From positions 23,250,001 through 23,314,000 of the forward strand of contig NC_043004.1 in assembly GCF_006345805.1 (NCBI RefSeq): DNA of 64,000 nucleotides, read 5' to 3'. Below, in pieces: positions 27,540 to 42,429 of the stretch; position 1 is the first letter of the stretch, and each line of letters begins with the position of its first letter. Below the pieces are notes generated by a model. It had not been told where the DNA came from. It did not search any database and saw only the letters and a list, made by a program, of their open reading frames with translations. The stretch comes from Octopus sinensis. Taxonomy: Eukaryota. The translations under genes and the position numbers were made by a program.

Positions 27540-28115
27540 GTTCTGTGTGCGAATTTCATTGCAGTTAGGCTAAAGGGACACATAGAATAAATACCAGACT
27601 TCAAAATAAGTACATAGGTCGATTTGTTCGACTAAACCCCTCAAGGTGATGTCCCAGTATGGTCGCAGTCCAGTGAATGAAACAAGCAAAATATAAAAGA
27701 TAGATGCAGGTGTGGGTGTGTAATAAGAAGATGCACCCCAACCACATTGCTCCGGGTTCAATCCCACTGACTGCGTGGCTCCTTGGGCAAATATGTTATA
27801 CAATAGCCGCGGACCGACCGAAGGCTTGTAAATCGATTTGCTAGACGAAAACTGAAAGAATATTGTGTGTGTGTGTATGTGCGCGCGCGCGTGTGTGTGT
27901 GTGTGTGTGCGTGCTTTTGCGTTTGTCTTCATCTAATGCTTGGCAACCATTGTTGTAATCACGTCTTCCGTAATCTAGCGGTTCGGCAAAAGAGACTAAT
28001 AGAATAAGTATCAGGTTTTTACAAACCTAAGTATTGCAGTCGATTCATTCCATTAAAAATTATCTTAGGTGGTGTCCTGACATGGTCGCTGTCTAATGAA
28101 TGAAACAAGATAAAA
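27540..28115 (+). mobile_element. SINE family B: 3' fragment followed by a full diverged copy
   Basis: 3' tail at ~27560-27700, then head-to-tail copy at ~27706-28115. Confidence 0.7.
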
Positions 28116-28312
28116 TATATGATTCTTCTCTTTTGTTTTTGGCTATTCGATAAGTTCATCATTTGTCTTCGTTTCAGGACGTATCTGACCAACTACGGTG
28201 ACCTAACTAGCAATCTCGGTCATTTTAATTGTTCTAAGATGCTAGCCTTTTGTGTTACTCTCTAATTATGAATCTTGTCATTTATGTCGATCCAGTTATT
28301 ATACATGCATAT

Positions 28313-28364
<52 letters not shown>

Positions 28365-28872
28365 ATGCATGTATGTGAATGTGGGCAATTAAGTATTATG
28401 ATATTCATACATGCATGTATGTATACAGAAAGGTGTGTGTGTGAGTGTATGTATGTATGCATACCAATATTAGTCTAAATGCGAATCATACTGGCTATGA
28501 ATTCAGATTAATTCTACCAGTTTATCAATGGATCGGGCTATTTAAGTTTGACTATGACTCCTGATTAATTTTATTGATTTAACTACGAATTAACTACTTA
28601 TCTCATTCAAACTCGAATAAGATCATTTACCTACGTCTGAAAATTATTCTGGCCATTTATGCTGGCCCATCTATAAATTCCGGTTATTTCTATTGCTCTA
28701 ATTATAAATTTGGTCACTTAAGCTGGTCTTGGTGTTAATTTGATCATCTGTGTTGTTCTAACCATAAACTTTACTATTTGCTTTACTTTCCATACTGTTA
28801 TTAAAACGTCTGAACGTGCCATATACATGCATGTATGTATGTGTCTGTTTGTACGTATGCATCATGTATATG

Positions 28873-28956
<84 letters not shown>

Positions 28957-30236
28957 TATGAATTCTTGTGTGTATAAATGAATCTATGTATACCCAATTG
29001 TTTCAGTCTTCTGTTTAGAGATGTATGTTTGTGTGTATTGCCTATTGTCGTAGTTGAAAACATTTATTTCAAACACAGAATTTCTGAATCAAAACACAAA
29101 TATCCACTTAAACATTGGCTCTGAATTATTGTCCCAATAAAAAGGTTTTCTATTGCAATTTTATCCAAATTCTTTTATGTGTATGTATGTTTATATATCT
29201 GTTTGTACATATGCGAGTATGTGTGTGTGTGTGTGTGTGTACATTTATATGTTCGTTTATGTGTTTATATGTGTATATATATTTGTGTGAGTATATCTGA
29301 GTATATTTGTATGTTTGTGGTTGGTTTATGATTCTGCCATCTAACTAAATTTGTTCTGATATATAGATATTGTGTCTGAAAGTAAAAGCTATCAGAGAAT
29401 ATATCGAGGAAAAACGTGTAATTCTTTAGTTATAAATCATTTTAGAGATACAAATAAACATATTTTCCTGAGATAAAAAAAAAATGTTTTACAAATCAGC
29501 AACCGATATTTCCATCTAAATAACCTAAAACACTTGATTGTGGGATTTTTGTTGATTTAGTCTCGTCTGATAGTTTCTCTTAATGTAATATTAGATTTAT
29601 GAACGAAGCTAGAATACTTAACCTGAAAGAACAAATGTTGACCACTCTGGGGGGTTTTCACTTAAATGTTATTTCACACCATTTGCAACAAAGCAATTTA
29701 ACCTATTACTCGTAGCTTCGATGCAATTAGGAAGTGTTTGAAAGGCTTAAGTGAAATCTGTGTTGAAAAATACAGGAATATATCAGTGTGTTTGTGTATA
29801 TCTGGTGTCGTTTCTATTTGATATTTCCTGAAAAATTACTCTTGTTCTGTCTTGCATAACCACCTATTCTAGCTAAAAACATGAGATGATCAAATATTTT
29901 GCGTTTATATTACTGTTACTACTACTACTGCAGCTACTGCTGCTTTTGTTATTACTGTTGTGTCTTAGAGACAGACCAACTCTGACTGAGTAGACATTTT
30001 TGTCAAAGCAAGTGTAGCCGTGACCACCTCGTCTTATTTTATGATATATGGTATCTCAAACTAAGTTATTTAATGTGCCATATTCTTTTCTACCAACCAT
30101 TTTAAGTCATTTAAGGGAAGCGTGGATTTATTACACTCAGAACCAATGAACACATATAGGTCTTCTCGCTAACTCCAGGCCTGTTCCATTTAATTTAATA
30201 GTGGGACGATTTTCACTGAGACCCATTAAATTTATA

Positions 30237-31096
30237 CATGGTTCCGAGCTAAATTTGACAATATTTATGTTTCCCTTTTAAGAAATTTTCATGTACTGTT
30301 GAACAGTCAACGGTGTTGGAGAGCATAAGAATTATAGTTGTATTTGAGAAATAGCTAGCTGAATCGGAGAATTGGAAACCAATACTCATTGTCATCTGAA
30401 TATTGGAAAAGAGTTACCTGTCTCATGATTTGCGCCGGGTATCAAAATACTGACATCATGACTGCTCCTCGGTGCTCTATGAACACTTTAAAGGCTGGAA
30501 GACATGTAACGGTGACTACGAACTCGTAGCCGGTAGGGCATCTGCACACTGGAATTCATCACATAATTACAAGACATGGCCCTAGGCTCAATGTAGATGG
30601 CTATTTGAAGCTAGAGACTGTGGTCAAACTCTAGCTGGAGAGGGTTACTGCTGGAAGGCCATATGTTAGGCAGCATGATTCGGATCTTTGCCACACCTCC
30701 GGAAAGAGTCACGAAGTGGTTGGAGAATTCCTATAACTTCACCAACCCAATTTCTGGCCTCCAGATTCGCCCGATTGTAATTCGATGCATTACTCTGAGT
30801 GGGGAGCGGTTGAGGAAGACACCAACCACTCTGCCTGCAACACCAAGACCGAACTGATGGCAGAGATCAAGGTGTTTGAAGATCTTCCCAGGAACACCGT
30901 GAGGAACTCATGCGCCACGTTCCGGAGCCGTCTTAAGGTTGTGTTGGAAGTTGGGGGCGGCTACTTTGAGTAAACTCTTATCTCCCAGCCATAATGTAGT
31001 TGATATTTAACTTATTTTAATACTTTTATTTTTGAATGGAATATTATGTTTTCTTTTCCTTTTATGAAAACTGTCAAATTTAATCCGAACACCCTG
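30237..31096 (+). mobile_element. Internally deleted Tc1/mariner-superfamily element with both TIRs
   Basis: Left TA-CATGGTTCCGAGCTAAATTTGACA resembles the reverse complement of the right end, TA-CAGGGTGTTCGGATTAAATTTGACA. Protein remnant FWPPDSPDCNSMHYSEWGAVEEDTN...RNSCATFRSRLKVVLEVGGGYFE*. Confidence 0.85.
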
Positions 31097-31781
31097 TATT
31101 ATTTTCACTCAATAATTCGTTAAATAATCTTTGTATCGTTGGGTGAGCACCATTAATTATAAATTCATATAACTGAATAATAATTTATAAATTAAGGAAA
31201 GAGCGAGAGATCAGAGACCCAATGGAAAAAATATTATTCTAAATGAATGAATCTTTAAATAACGTTTAATATCACAGAGCGAGCCCATTAATTTTGCATA
31301 ACTTTAACTGATTCATTAAATAATGTTTATACTTTTGCGAAAATCATTTTCTTTCTCATCAAACCAACAACTTCCAACCTAGAATTTAAATGCTGCGAAT
31401 TTGTAGAGCTGTAAGAATGTTAGCTAGAATATCTTCCAGTATGTTCTATCTCACTGCATTCTTAGTTCAAATCTCACTGGTTGGTTTACAAATTTTCAAG
31501 GCTGGGAATAAATAGCGTCATAGAAGGTTAGTTCATTGACAGAATTGCTATTGCTTCGGGTGAGATGATGTCTTGTGCCTTCTGTTCCAGTTCTTTATAC
31601 TCTGAGTTCAAATTTTACTTAGGTACCAGGTCTAAATTGCTAGCTACGGCGGTATTCCGTACAACCTCCAATTGGCCATCAGGCATGCCTACAGCCAGTA
31701 TAGATAATCTGACAATACGGTGGAATGAAATTGAAGAAAATCAATAATTTTCTCGATGTTTTCCATAATCTGCTCCATTTA

Positions 31782-32003
31782 TCTTTTGTCTTTTATTTTT
31801 TACTCGTTTCAGACATTAGACAGCGGTCATACTGGAGCACCGCTCTGAATTTTTAGTTGAATGAATCGATCCCAGTACTTACTTTTTAATCCTAGTACTT
31901 ATTCTATCGGTAACTTTTGCTGAACCGCCAGGTTATGTGGAAGTAAACACACCAACACCGGTTGCCAATCAGTGGAGGAGGACAAACACTGACACAAAGA
32001 CAC

Positions 32004-32047
<44 letters not shown>

Positions 32048-32195
32048 GACGGGCTTCTTTTGGTTTCCGTCTACCAAATCCACTCACAAGGCTTTGGTCA
32101 GCCGAAGCTATAGTAGAAGCTCAAGTTGCCACGCAATGAGATTGAACGCCGAACCATGTGGTTGCGAAGCAAGATTCTTACCACACTGTCACGCC
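31782..32195 (-). mobile_element. SINE family B
   Basis: Reverse complement of the family core with internal (TA)n. Confidence 0.8.
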
Positions 32196-33825
32196 TATAT
32201 TTGACCAGTAAGATATTTAGGGCATTCTGAAATTATTCTGAAGCAAACCAAATCGCTGTAGGTCTGTTAAAGAGATAAGATTATTAGCCATTAGCACAGT
32301 TGTGGTTGTATGTATAGTTACGAATTTCTTTTGAATCAACTTAGTTATAAATTTGTTAGTCTTTTACTGTAGCCTCAGGTCGGTCAATGGCTTATGAGTT
32401 GAACTTGAAAGATAGAAAGTGTCGTTTTGAAAATTCTTGCAGATACGCTTTTGAAAACGTTGTCCTAGATACAAATATGAAATACGTAAAGATATTCTAA
32501 GTGGGGTGGAATACTCCGTTTATAGGTTTGATGAGTCAAGGTTATGGAAGGCATAATCATCGCAACAAGAACAACGGCAACACCAAGCAGATATTTTGTT
32601 TAGACTGAAGAAAATATTTTACATATTTTTAAACAAAACAAAATGTCAGTTTAGAAAAGAAAGAGAATAATCTGTGAATGCTAATTACTGTCGTTGTTAA
32701 TAAACCCCGCATCAGACTTGATTAAACCAACCTATGACCAAGAACGCTCAAGAGGTGACCAACCTGTTTTTTTACTAAATGTTTCTCAGACCACATCATT
32801 CCGTTTGTTATCTGTTTAATACAGATTTTGTTTGGCTGTTATATCTAGCAGATAGAACAGCCACGTTTGTTCTTTCAGATGTTATTTAATCCCAGGTCAA
32901 TTTTATTCATTCTCGACTTACAATCAAAAACATTCCAGCCATGACAATCCAGTCTTTTTGCAACAGTATAATCTTGTGTTCTTCATTTTTAAGACGTTGC
33001 GGCATGATTTGAGAAAAATTTAACTGTCTTTCCTAGCATGTCGATCGGCCATGCTGAGGTTCCTGAACATTGATATTAAATTAATATGCGAAACAATTTC
33101 GTTCATATCGCAAAATATCTAAATTCTTTAAATTTATTGATATTTGTGGAATTATTTTAAAATCTGAGATGCTAAAATGTTTATTTGACAACGAAAACTC
33201 TAGGATTGTTCAACAACTTTATTTAGAGTCAGAAGAAAACTTGAAATCCATTAAATTGATCTTTTTTGTGTTTGTTTTTGAGTTTTCATTTAATTTGTTT
33301 TCTCTCCACAAATGGATAGATTCTCGTATTACATTTAGAAGCTGTAAGAAAAATAAAAAGCTTTTCATTTGTCTTTAACAAAACATAGTTTCTCTGATTT
33401 ATACACACGCAAATGAAAGTTGAGTTTAAGCAATTTTAGATTTTAAGTCAAGTTATTTTCTGGTTGACTTTGTCATTATTTCTTAATTACTTTGTTAATT
33501 TTTTTCACTTTTGTTTGAGATATTGCTGCTATTGTTATTTCTATAATTAAAGTTGAGTGCTCCGTTAAAACAATTTCCATGTACTTTGACAGATAAACCA
33601 TATGAACCACTATTGGCAATGTCATTACATGCTTTGTGACAATCTCTTCACTTGGGAATCAATAATATCGTTAGGTGACAATTTGATGTTGACTCTGCTC
33701 TTTTACTGACCTCTTATTTAGTATTCTTTTACGTAGGATTCTCAATCGCATGGTTCCCGTTTCGATCACACTGAGCAGCACTTTGAACAAACATCTCCTA
33801 TCTTTGGCTAATACTTTGGCCTGTT

Positions 33826-34138
33826 TTGTCGTCGGTTACGACAACGAGTGTTCAAGTTGATTCGACCAACCGAACAGGCTCCTCGTGGAATTAACTGAGC
33901 ACTCCACAGACATGCGTACCCTTAACGTAGTTCTCAAGGAGAATTATTTTATCGTGACAAAGAATTCCACAAGATTGGCTCTTTGAATTACAGGTACAAC
34001 TCATTTTTAGCACGTGAGTGGACTGTAGTAATGAGAAATTAAGTATCTTGCTCAAGGACACAACTCGCCGCCGAGAATTGAACTCACGACCTTACAATCG
34101 TGAACCGAACACCATAACCACTAAGCCACGCGCCTTCC
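33826..34138 (-). mobile_element. SINE with family-C 3' domain but a different head/body
   Basis: 33826-33940 matches the reverse complement of 23145-23265. The head (GGCGCGTGGCTTAGTGGTT...GTGAGTTCAATTC) is followed by GTTGTGTCCTTGAGCAAGATACTT. Confidence 0.7.
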
Positions 34139-37100
34139 CTTAATAAATTGTGAGTAAGATTTGATAGTGGAAAAAACGGTTGGAATTCATTTATATAACG
34201 AGTACGTGTTGCAAACATATACCATGATTTCGCAAATTGTTTTCAAAGCCTGTGTAGACACAGACGCTCTCTCAACCTCCTTATCATTGATGCAGCACAA
34301 CTAGTACTAGTTACAGTTGAATAAACTGGAACAATGTAAAATGAAGTGACACCCAGTCTTGAAATTGTACCCACGGCATTTCGATTGCGAGCCCACCACC
34401 CTAACCCCTAGATTATGCATCATCACTGTGTGTGTGCTTGTGTGTGTGTTTTTCTATAGCCTTGCCGAGATATATATATATGTACATACATACATACATA
34501 TATAAATATATTGCAAACAATTTGCAGATGCATGTGCTGCCAGTTGAAAGCTTCGCATACCAGATGTTAGTTTATGGTTTCATTAGGAGAGAATGCGAAC
34601 CATTTCAGGACCTTCCTCTTAAAGGCATTGTTGCATACCGGTCCCACTCTCTACCTACAAAGAAAACTTACTGTAGGTAGCTATTTAAATCAAGCACAAA
34701 CTTGAAAGTGGTTGTAACAACTAGGCTAATCTGCATACTGTATGCTGCTCAGTGGTGAAGTTTAAATAATTAATATTTATGCACACCACACCATGTATGA
34801 ATATATGTGTGTGTATCGAGAGACTGAGAGAGAGAGGGGGGGAATATATAGACAGGCAGACAGAGTCTGCTTCATAGATACCAGAATCCATTTACTAGTT
34901 CTAACTCGAACCGAAACTGCAATAGTTGACATTTTTTCCAATCTACTCCGCATTAAGATCCAGATGGATCTACGAGGTTGTGAAGCAAACTTCTTCACTA
35001 CATGGTTAAACCTGCGTTTGAATATATTTTGAAATGCATCAACTATTTGCTTTTTATTGACCCAGAAACGACAGCACAATCGCCATTTATCTGTTTTACT
35101 GCATCCATCAAACCCTTTGTTGTTGTTGTTTTTTTTTACCTCGTATAACTTCATTTTAATTAAATACGAAGTCTTATTTTTATGTTCCTCACCTTCTGGT
35201 CAACGGGATCAAAAGTATAGGCTACACTGAACAATTACTGAAGCATTTAATTTTTTTGTTAATTATGCTTTTAATCTCATAAGAATCAGTTTTCAGTTCC
35301 ATATCTAAAGCTAGTGGTCATTTCTTCTTAGAAAATGCTATAATTTTCAGTAACATCCACCTTGAGGTGAATTATTGCATAGTATCGGTGTTATAAATTA
35401 GTTACTACCATATTTACTGATATTACAGTATAACGCATATCACAGTTTTACAGATATTAACAATGTTATCACCAACAGCAACATGGTTAATAAATTTAAT
35501 TAAGAATCTCCAAATAAAATTATGTCAACTTTATACTCATTTTACTTTCGATTAAGATCTAAACTAAAGAAATAATTTCTAAAAGACAATTTAGCTATAT
35601 TGATTCAATGGAAACGTACTAAATAAAGTTCTCATCAGTATTTCAGGAAGGAAAAAATCTTTTATCTTGATTGCATGCAACGACCTGATTTCCTTTTCTT
35701 TTCTTTTTTTTCTTCTTAATTTGGCCTGTTCTCTTCTTTCTTTTTCTTACTATCATTATTGTTGTTCTTTTTCTTCTTCAACTTTTCCCTCCTCTGCCAC
35801 CTCCCTGAAGTCATTTCTTTGCTATTTTAAACTTTTTAGTTGCTTTTTTTGTTTTTAGTATTTTTATTTTGCTTTCCTTTCGTGAATCTTCGAACTCTGT
35901 TTTCATATCGGTAAAAATCTATAATATTTATTAATGTATCTACATTATTTGAATCATTTATCAGTTCATATATTCTTCGACTTCTCATCTCCTATATCAC
36001 CATTTTAAATTATTTCCATATATCTCAAGAATTTTATTTATTTTTATTTCTTGTTACTTTGGAGAATCTTTGGTAAATTATATCGAAATTTCCATCAGAA
36101 ATGCCTCCTGGGGATAAATCTATTTTTAATGACTTTCTTATTACCTACTTATATATTCTTTTACATATTTTCCGCGTTATACTTATTTCAACTGGTTAAG
36201 TCTTTCGTTTCATTAACTTCCAATTTAAATAGTTATTAATTTTTTTCGATTGGTGAGTTGTGACGGAGTTTATGTTAAAATGAAATGATAACGATTTCTT
36301 AATGAGTTGAAACTTTAGAACTAAAGTTAAAAACAGAAATTTTAATGCTGATTTCTTTTCTGCCTTTTATCATCCTACATTTAGTAAAAGAGGTTGTATC
36401 TAATCAAGAATTAAAATACAAACTACTGACAAGTTAATACCTGTATGAGGTGAATTCATGAACATATCGAGGTTCACTTTTAATATATATTGCGAATACA
36501 CTGCACAGAGTACAACAGTCGATAGAAATAAAAATCGAAATGCCTGGGAGCCATTGTATGCTTTCAGCGAGTAAAAGTACGTGTTGTTTTTTGACAAGAT
36601 ATTTAATATCACTCTTTCTGCTTTAAATCCTTCAAAATTCTAATAATTTTTTCACCATTTAGTTAGCGAAGGTAGATTAGAATCCTATTACTTTAAAATA
36701 CGACCTTTGGTTTTTCGCGGCTTCCGTTAGAATTTATACATAAATCAGATATCTGGTGCGATTGCTTAGAACAAAGTGGACTCTTCTACAGAGACACAAG
36801 GACCAAGTGGTAGCCTTAAACCGAGCAATCGGTGTAAGTCTAACACTTAAAAATCCAGAACGCACAGAGTTGAAACAGATACCACAAGGTATCTCGCCCG
36901 AACCAAAATAGTTTCACCTACTCATTGTCCCGGACTGATATTTCATTTTATTGAGCAGGAACGGATGAAGGATAAAGTTGACTTCGGAGCGATTTGAACT
37001 CAGAGCGTAGAGGACTGGAACACTAAAGACTTCTTTTTCTCATGTTATGAATCCAGAGCAAATCAGACAGCAGACCCCATGCCAATCACTGAGATTTTCT

Positions 37101-39379
37101 CATTTTCATTATTTTATGTAAACAGTAGTTAGAACAGCACCTGAACTTGTGTTGCAAACTCATACGGTTAAGAGACTATACCTCCACCGTGGAACTCACT
37201 GACGGTCCCTCCACCATAGGCTCAACTGACTATGAGATTGTACATCAATATGGTATTTACACTCTTTTAGTTTACCTGGTATGGAACACGTGAGCCATCG
37301 AGGGAACCGTCACGTAATAGCAACCAAATTTCCTTCAAATTACACTCTACTGTCCTTAAACTAGATTATATTGGATAATACAGTCCTGGATATATTAATC
37401 CTGAAAAATAAATGAGATAGCGACATCTGGGATGTCCATGATTGTAGATCTAATTGATCAATGCCGATTTGGGCTAAGCAACAGCAACAGCAGCAACCTG
37501 GTAAAAACCACAAAAACTGCAGTGAACCATCGTTTTATGACAATCTATGAGAGTTTAACACGTGTATTGTATTGATTTCTTTTGTCTAAGGATATAAAGA
37601 TCTACAACGACAATACCTAAAGATATTGCCGATCTCTATGAAGTGTAATAATATCAGCTGAAGTCAGAAAAACACATTTTTATCGTTATTGGCTGATGGC
37701 TTATTTTTTCTATCAGAACACCCCCTTATCTTTCAAACAATCAATGGATTTATGTAATACTTGACACTCAGGAAACGGTAAGTGTTAGGAAGAAGGTTTC
37801 GATTCACAATAAATTCTAAATTCCTTATTTTCAGCAAAATACTTGCACAATTCTTACTTTATTTTTTGAAAAAATATATTTTACATACAAAGTATTCAGC
37901 TTTAAAAAATATCAGCTGAGATTTTCTGTCACTTCCACTGATTGTGATATGGAAATAGGCGTTAAGTCTAAGGTAATATCTGTTTTCATGTTCACGTCCC
38001 ATTGACCATAATTTCTTATAATGAAGCACAGGAATAATGTTCGTTGTGAATGGTTATGGTTATAGTCGGTTAAATTAATCCGAAAGGGAAATAGAATTGC
38101 CATAGGTTTTCGAACGTAAGAAGAATAAAATTAAACAATATTATGCATTTAACATGTTTTACCGTTTCTGCAAACTTTTAGCTCGTTATTCCACAGTTTC
38201 TGCGATACTCTTTATATACATCGTTGAAACATAAAAGATCTGTGGAATTTCCTTTACAAAACATGTATAAAAATACGAAAATCATTCTTATTCTTTTATG
38301 CCAACCATAAATAGAGCCATTTCTTTAAAAGCTCTGCTGACGAGAGAGAAATCTAGTAACATCAATAATTCTTTGATTCTAAATATATCGCTTGTCTAAT
38401 AATAGTGAAAATATTCAAAAAGGCACAGCCTTCAATGCTTGTCTTTAATATAATTCAAGTCCATTGTAAGTTTTCTTCGTGTAATGTTTAAATATAATCT
38501 TGGTATCTAATCTAATTATCTGCTAATTAATGATGTTTAAAATTATTCATACTTGTGGAAATAGTTTTGCATTGAATAACATTAAATTTAGTTCTACTGA
38601 ATTAAAATAATACAGAGACATATTCACCTTCCAGCACTCCAGGATAAAAAAAAGTAAAGTACCAGTCATAATAATAGCTTCTATTCCCACAGATATTTGT
38701 TGTCATTTGTAGCCTATATAATAGACCAATACTAAAGAGATTTTAATAGAGATCAGTTTTGATTTATTATTACATTTTCTTGTAACCTTACACTGTAAGG
38801 AGTAGCATTAAAAGGAGGACGGTTCTACGTAGTCATATGGCATGAGATAAGTAGCAACCAATTCTCTCTTAAGTCACATCTCCAACGTCTTAGAAAAGGA
38901 TACGTTGCTTTACGTGGTTCTGGATGTATACAGGATGGTCATGGCGAGAAGGCCTTTAATCATTATGTCTATTTGATCAGGCTGAACTTGGGCTAAGCAA
39001 CAAGAGTAAAAAACTAGAAAGCGTGATACAATTTGCATTTCATCAATTCACTTCACTAAAGTTACCATTTTAGAAAACCATTTGAAATTGCCTTCTATTG
39101 ACGACACAAATGTTTTAGAGAAGGGCATGAAGACTATCTCATTTTTATTTCCTCTGTTCTAAAAACTTTATATTTCATATGCACATTGGAAAAATTATTA
39201 TTTATATAAATTACTTGCCGTTGTGGTACAGAAGTGAATTGTCGATCAAGAGGTTAAAAATATAATATCCGAATTTATGTTCAAAATCGATTTACTTGAT
39301 ATCAATAATCGTAATTGAATCGAGTCAAATGCGTGATCACATAATAATGTTTCTCCCTTGAAGCATATGGTCAACTTTA

Positions 39380-40300
39380 ATGCAACAAAGAGCTGCAAGA
39401 GATCTAATTCCCAGTTGCTCATTTCCTACTAGCAACTACCTAAGCGCATTACCTGAAAAACACACTTCAACACCAACAAAAATCATTTTCCAATCTGCAC
39501 GCCTTCTAGTCACGGATTACGATAGAGAATATATCATTCTTTCTCCAGTGATTCTTATTCGGGAACTTTCTAAGGCCTCAACATCTCAAAGAATCGAAAG
39601 AAGTATAGCCAGTTTAGTGTCAAGCTCTTAAACATATTGTCTACAATATACTCTCGTATTGCTATTGCGCATTAACAAGTCTCTTAGAGGTGTTAACGCT
39701 TAATTGCTTGTTTACAAAAATATGACGATAATCATTTCAATCAAAATTTCCACCACTTCTGGGTCTTATTGACAAGACTTTACTCAGTGCCCCAATGACC
39801 AGAGAGTCTATTGATTGTCTTTAAAATTATAAACAAACAGTTTTAGTGCGTCTGACAAATAATTTCAAAACTTGAAACTACAACATGAGCTATTCCTTCT
39901 TCGCCATTGCTTGTATATATGAAAGTTAACGTATTTCTTGCTATCAAATTCTTGCTTTCATGTTGAAGTTACTATAAAAGATTTTGAACACACCATTCGA
40001 GATATTCTTTAATTTGAAACATAATGCTTATTGGACTACTACTGATTTCAAGCAAGCCTTCCCATTCATATCGACAATAAAGAAATTATATCTGCGTCTG
40101 ACCTTCCCTGCAAGGCTTTTTGTCATTCTTTTACACATCTGTTTTGCCTATACTTGCATCGAAGTATTCTTTCACAGTTGATTCTCAAATATCAATGGCA
40201 CTATAAGCAGCTACAAATTTGTGGGCTCATCGCCTTTCACTATGATAAATAAGGATATTCATGAGTCTGGTAGGATATTAAGAGTGAGCATTTTCTGGTG
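39380..40300 (+). mobile_element. Highly decayed L1/Tx1-like RT remnant
   Basis: Motif-like pieces in the expected order: DREYIILSPVILIRELSKA, *PESLLIVFKIINK (cf. WRPISLLN.DYKI), TDFKQAF (cf. DF.KAFD), NINGTISSY (cf. .NG..S..F). Many stops. Confidence 0.45.
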
Positions 40301-40949
40301 CAGTATTTGTTAGGACAGATAAATGAGATAAAAGTCAATCGGTGAGACCTTCACCTTCAAATCTTGATTCACGGCTGCATACATTATACATTGCATCTTT
40401 GGAAAACATAATTTACAATGATAACATTTGTTTTGGTTTGGCGAAGTTCATTTGAAGCAATAGTGTGTATCAGTCAGTCTTTTATCAGGGCGGTAATCCT
40501 ATGAAAGGGAGGAATGTTCACGAATTGTTCTGCAAAGATAATTGCGGTTTCCCGTATCATATCCCAATCTCATTCAATCAGCAATGACACGTCGTAATGC
40601 TTTACCATTTTTTAAATTTTAAACTTGAGCAAATTGGGCAATTTCTTTCCCATGGAAGTGCCTGTTTTGGGGTATAATAGTGGTGGTCGCTCTCAGCGCA
40701 CGTCATCTTGCTTAGTTCATGAGAAAGACATCTCTTCTGTGTTATGTATGGTAGAGGTGTTGAAAAGCCGCAAATATTTGGAGTTGACTAACCAGTACTT
40801 TTTGGAACTTTGTGATTACATATAAACGCGGTCATTTATTATCGCAGTGATAAAACAAGCATTTCTTGTTTCTGCTTTTTGCGTTTCCTTCTATTTTTGT
40901 TTTTTGCTATTTTATTTTTCCAATGAGTATTAATTTTTTCTTTTTACTA

Positions 40950-41150
40950 TACACACAGCCGGATATCTGAGGGGAAGGGGATTAGCTGATTACATTGAGC
41001 CCAGTACTCAACTGGTGCAAACTTTTCGAGCCCGAGACGATGAAAAGCATAATCGATTTCGGCGGCATTTGAACTCACAACGTAAATACGGACGAAATAC
41101 TGCAAAGCATTTTGTCGGCGTGTTAACCATTCTGCCAGCTCCCTGCCTCC
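40950..41150 (-). mobile_element. SINE family A
   Basis: GATTACATTGAGCCCAGT...GCATTTGAACTCACAACGTAAA..GACGAAATACTGC.AAGCATTTT...ATTCTGCCAGCTC. Confidence 0.75.
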
Positions 41151-41604
41151 CGACAAATACGAATTACAATTGTTTTGTTGGAACAATTGCAAAGGCAAAT
41201 CTACGAGAACGGAGCTGAGCTAAGTTCAAACACTCTCTCCATCCTCAAATAAGTGATAGAATTGGTTGAAGTCTTTGACAGTTTACTGGTCTCTTTTCGT
41301 TTTCTTCCTACTATTTGTTATAGAAAAATAGAAAATACAACAATTTTGCCTTTCGTGCATAATTTAGTTGCACCGGAAATCGATTTAAAACATCATCAAT
41401 CATTTTACAAAACGTGCTTGCACAAGTACACCCACATAAATGTGTATGTATATCTGTGTATATATACAGAAATATATATATATATATATGCGTGTGTGTG
41501 TGCATATATGCATCCATGTTTGTATTTATGTATATATCATTTATTTTTTATCATTTCTTAATACCGGTGCTCATATCTACACACGGTCTGCTTAGCATAT
41601 CTAC

Positions 41605-42429
41605 ACACGGTCTGTTCTAGCATATGTGCTGCTTCTTTTAATTTTAATTTTCTAGTGGTGTTCTCTCTCTATTATTTTAACTTCATCCCACAGGGATAGG
41701 TGGTCTCCATTTTACCATACATGATCAGTTATACCCGATTTATCAATATCTCCTCGTGTCACAGTTTTGCGATATTCGTCTACCCTTATTTTGAGGGGGT
41801 GGCATGTTTCGCCTTTGTGTAACCTACCACTACTGCATGGGATGGAGTGCACGTAGTCTTTGGTCATATTCTCTTCTATTGGTGGTTTTACTCGAAGGAG
41901 ATATTAGCGAAGTATTGTATTACTCTTGAATACTGTCTTGATGTCGCATATCTTTTGTATCTTTTCGGAGAGGCCTTTCACATAGGATAAACAGACTGTG
42001 GAGTTTATCAGCCTCATCCTCTCTCTCTTCTTCATAATTGGCGTGGATAGTATACTTTTGGCGTAGTTGTTGCTTAACAGATCGTTATTGAGCTTGATCA
42101 TTTCTTCGTGATGTGTATCACGATCGCTACTTATATTCTTTGTACAATGTTTTAGGCACTGATCAATCCCTCTCTTTACATTGTATGGATGGTGGGAATT
42201 GAAGTTGAGATATCGTCCAGTGAAGGTCGGCTTGCGGTATACGGATGTCCTGAATCCATATTTGGTGCGTGTTATTACGTCTAAGAATGTCTTTTTCCTT
42301 TTCCATTGTAACCTGTATGGATGGCTTTATTGAGTTGACATGATCTAACATCTCTTGTGCATCTCCCCGGTGGGTCCAGAGTATAAAGGTGTCATTAGCA
42401 TATCGTAGCCATAGTGTTGGTTTCCAATT
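41605..42429 (-). mobile_element. Penelope-like element remnant (RT C-terminus plus GIY-YIG endonuclease), 5'-truncated and degenerate
   Basis: Minus strand reads WLRYANDTFILWTH...LDHVNSIKPSIQVTMEKE (PLE RYVDD and IQFTME motifs), FLDV...SVYRKPTFTGRYLNFNSHHP, LSYVKGLSEKIQKIC, and YVHSIPCSSGRLHKGETCHPLKIRVDEYRK...SGITDHVW...KEAAHM (GIY-YIG). Confidence 0.88.

Noticed and set aside
28160-28205. TTTCAG-GACGTA as the next exon (expected to start D-I/V-L)
   Set aside because: Reads DVSDQLR* and hits a stop after 7 codons.
34860-35110. Possible mariner N-terminal remnant on the minus strand (KQIVDAFQ)
   Set aside because: One short motif and no TIR; too weak.
37575-37620. TCTAAG-GATATA as the next exon
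   Set aside because: Reads DIKIYNDNT*; stop, and no LD.F..SL motif.
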